Positions 61,001-64,000 of a stretch of DNA of 64,000 nucleotides are shown in pieces. The number at the start of each line of letters is the position of its first letter. The stretch's first letter is position 1. The notes under the pieces were generated by a model. That model worked only from the letters and a program-made list of their open reading frames with translations. It did no database searches and had not been told where the DNA came from. Source of the stretch: Mesotaenium endlicherianum (Eukaryota); NCBI GenBank assembly GCA_009602735.1, contig WELA01003597.1, positions 291,505-355,504 of the forward strand, read 5' to 3'. A program made the position numbers and the translations under genes.

Positions 61001-63502
61001 AAGTCCTATCCCCAAAGCGTGTGCTGCAATTCGGCGATGTGAGACCTATCTGCACACCATACTCGGAGCATGCACGCACAGCTAGACTGCAGACACGAAG
61101 ACCTGTCGTTGTACACATGCAGGTATTCACTTTAGCATGCGTGTGGTTCCGCATGTGTGGTACGTGTACATTCTTAGACATGCGTCCAGTTATGCCTCTG
61201 TAAGTTCGAGGCACGGTATTTCAAGCTGATGTGTGTCTTGCAAACTCTCGAAGAGCGTTTAACAGTAAAGCAGGAGCAGCAGCAGCATTGTGTGAAGGGT
61301 CCTGCCCAACAGCACGGAACTTGCCCTGCCAGCTGCTGACATTCTCATCTCCAAGAAGTGCTCCAGCCCGAGTGCTCCCGTCTCTTTCGCGCTGACGAGG
61401 CAACAGAGCTGCAACCCGAGGGATGATAGCTGGATGCTGACCTTGCTTGACCTCATCGGCGCTCTCGGAGGGGGCAGAGACAGCTGGATGCTCTCGTCTG
61501 CCAGCCACTTGGCAGCGCAGGACAGCCTCCACGCTGCCACCGTACCTGTCTCGGAACTCGACAAGTGGCATGTCGCGCACGCACTGCGGGAGCTGCGACA
61601 GTCACGGAAGACACCAGAGGCTGGAATCAAGTCAGAGTCGGTTTCAAAAGGAAATTTTCTCTCACAAACATGGACTTTCCACCTCCCTCCCACCCCTTGC
61701 CCTCGCCCCCCCCTTCCCCCCTCCCCTTGTTTCAAGCATATACTCATATACCTCTGAAGATATCCTTGTCCACCTAAAGGATTCTCAAGTGTGTTCATAT
61801 GCACATGATTGGTGTGCGTGTGCATGTCCGTGTGCGTGTGTGAGTGTGGTGCGCGTGTGTGCGCGCTTCCGTGTGTGCGAGAGGAAAGTACCTCTTCAAG
61901 CTGGAGAGCAAGCGTGTGGTCGAGGGCGCTGATACGCTCCTGCATGTACGCCCGCATGGCCGCCACCCGGGCCTCCACTGCTCACACGTTCACACAGGGC
62001 AACATCCACAGCCGCGTGCTGCAAGTTAGACTCCGGCTCATTTCGACGCGTCGAGGGTGCATGCACCAGAGACTGCGAGGAGCCATAGAGACGATTCCAA
62101 CGTGTGTGCAGGAGAAATGCAGCAGGCACCAATACACGGCCAGAGGTTGGCTTCAGAACGAAGTCTGGTCTCGCCGCCCTGTGATGATGCGGCGCATGCC
62201 ATGCACACACAGAGTCAGTGCCAGAGGCTTTTTGTGGCTCCATCTCTGGAGGCACTTGGCAGGGGTGTCCCATCCTGTCGAAGATGGGTGTCCCACTTTG
62301 TTGGACATCTGTGTCCCATCCGCTTGAGCACGCGACCCAGTATGTGAAGCGCGGGGCCCATTCTGTTGGACATCTGTGTCCCATTCTGTTGAGCATGTCT
62401 GTCTTGTTCTGTGGCACGTTTTGTGCATTTTTGTTGAACATATGTGTCCCATCTTGTCAGAAGGCATGTCTAGGCCTCACCCGCACATGGAGGCCACACT
62501 AAGTACACATCAACTAAGTACACATCAAGGCGACACAGTCTGAGGGTACATGGGGCATAAGCAGTGCACTGACAAGCAGTTCCACAAGCAGGTTCTCCAA
62601 GCTATGGGCTCAATTTAACCCAAGAGGCCCCACTGGGTCCACATTCCCGGCTAATCCAGACTATAATTATGGAAATATTGTGGACATAAACATCCACAGT
62701 TTATCCAGGCTCCAAGGAGGGACTATTAGGGCTACTCCTGCAGGGAGGCTGGAACTGCAGGGAGGCCGGAACTAAGGCGCTATTGAGGCTCCTAGGAGGC
62801 TGTTACTAAGGCTACAACCGGGCTACAAGGGGCGGCCATTGGTGCCACATCCAGGCTACAAGGAGGCTGCATGAAGGCTACAGCCAGGGCTGCATGGGAC
62901 ATCCAGGCTGCAGGGGACATCCAGGCTGCAGGGGACGGCCAGGCTGCAGGGGACATCCAGGCTGCAAGCAGATTGTGGGTGGGCTACACCCAGGCTATAA
63001 GGCTGCATTCAGGCTTCATTCATGCTACTACAGGAGATGTTCCAGAGTGAAATGAGCTCGTATGCAGGCTGTGACAAGGTCAGGCGCAAGCCAGAGGGAG
63101 GCTACTAGGACTGCTCATGCCATGCCATGCAACTTTGAGCAATAGCTGCAGACGAAAACTGAACCCCTTATATGGACTGGTGTGAACAAGTAATAGGGTA
63201 TGGAATTCGGCATGGGGTGAGCCTGACCATTCACATTGTCTTTTCCTCGAGTAACTCCATTCAGATACTGACAGAGTTTGAGTCTCAAGTTCTAAATCCC
63301 GTATTCTAAGAAGGTTAGATTGGAGCGTAAGAGCCAGTCAGCGCGTGGTATCGTTGATCTTGTTGCTCTTACCTCCCTTGGTAAGTTCATCACACACGCT
63401 CTTGATCCTCAGCAGACGTTCCTCCTCACTCTCTGCAACTTCAATGGGCACATTTGCGCTCTTTTCAGCTAGCGGAGGACGTCCTTTCTTGGGGCGTCCC
63501 AT
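58006..63502 (-). CDS. CDCA8: Borealin/CDCA8 (chromosomal passenger complex subunit), ~399 aa; exons 63502-63373, 61977-61892, 61592-61442, 60805-60747, 60390-60262, 59582-59441, 58508-58006
   Basis: N-terminal helix VEARVAAMRAYMQERISALDHTLALQLEELPQCVRDMPLVEFRDRYGG (Nbl1/Borealin_N pattern), central RSARAGEMILSANGSPL motif, and C-terminal DIQRLPQSLQVAAVEKIRGLQLHLDSM. Seven exons splice in phase to 1200 nt. Confidence 0.8.
62262..62455. repeat. Degenerate minisatellite (TGTCCCAT...GTTGGACATCTG units) in Borealin intron 1
   Basis: tgtccca recurs five times, with gttggacatctgtgtcccat repeated. Confidence 0.7.
62884..62966. repeat. 18-bp minisatellite (GGGGACATCCAGGCTGCA) x~4 in Borealin intron 1
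   Basis: Direct tandem copies are visible, with degenerate AGGCTRC units in the flanks. Confidence 0.8.
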
Positions 63503-64000
63503 TCTTTAAAAATACCAAGACTTATTGGTGTCAACAAGAAATGAATCTGTAGCCCAGATTTCAAGTGATGAAATAGAAGTGCACTGCTGGAGATGTGACC
63601 GCCTCGCAGGAGCCTAGATGTTTCCAATACAGACAATCTTCTTGTGAACTGTAATTAAAGCAATGCAAGTGGGTGATGATAAGGGGGATTCCCCGAGCAA
63701 TTGGAAGTAGATACGGCACGTGCTCTAGGGTCCTAAGCCGTAATTTTGATACTGAATGCCTGTGGATCGCAGTTTTCTATGGCTGCCAGACTGACTGATG
63801 AGTCAGAGAGTGAGATAAGTACTCTTATATATTAATCGTCTTGCAATCAAGTATGTGAAGCATAACAATATGAGACGCATTTGAGTTTTGGAGTGGCGTC
63901 AATTGTCCTGGGGGAGAGAGGTCGAGTTCAGAGGCATTCAAAAACAGGAAGACGCGGTCAACGAAAACGTTTCGTCGAAAATCGATCGCCTACGAAACAA

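Overview
Eukaryotic nuclear DNA from a draft assembly with many N gaps. It is most likely a GC-rich streptophyte alga (Zygnematophyceae-like); this is an inference from plant-type PMK, SOQ1 and ObgC, a streptophyte-type mitochondrial trnI(CAU), and microsatellite-packed introns. I reconstructed spliced genes by hand using GT-AG sites and frame continuity: SOQ1-like HAD protein (5' part, minus, runs off the left edge), chloroplast ObgC GTPase (+), CCDC93 (-), gamma-glutamyl hydrolase (-), SGF11 with a long C-terminal extension (-), phosphomevalonate kinase (+), a polyQ-rich protein with an ELF3/DUF863-type ELHR motif (-), and Borealin/CDCA8 (-). A ~1.6 kb mitochondrial-type segment (trnI-CAU, atp9 3' end, GC-rich palindromes) lies inside a CCDC93 intron. 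An 85-bp-arm near-perfect hairpin lies downstream of SGF11. About 46-56.5 kb is a nested Ty3/gypsy LTR-retrotransposon cluster, including an open gag ORF bracketed by ~450-bp inverted LTR-like ends. All family assignments come from recognising motifs; no database search was run. I found no clearly new multi-gene system. The best leads are the hairpin, the NUMT, the polyQ ELHR protein and the canonical-type Borealin.
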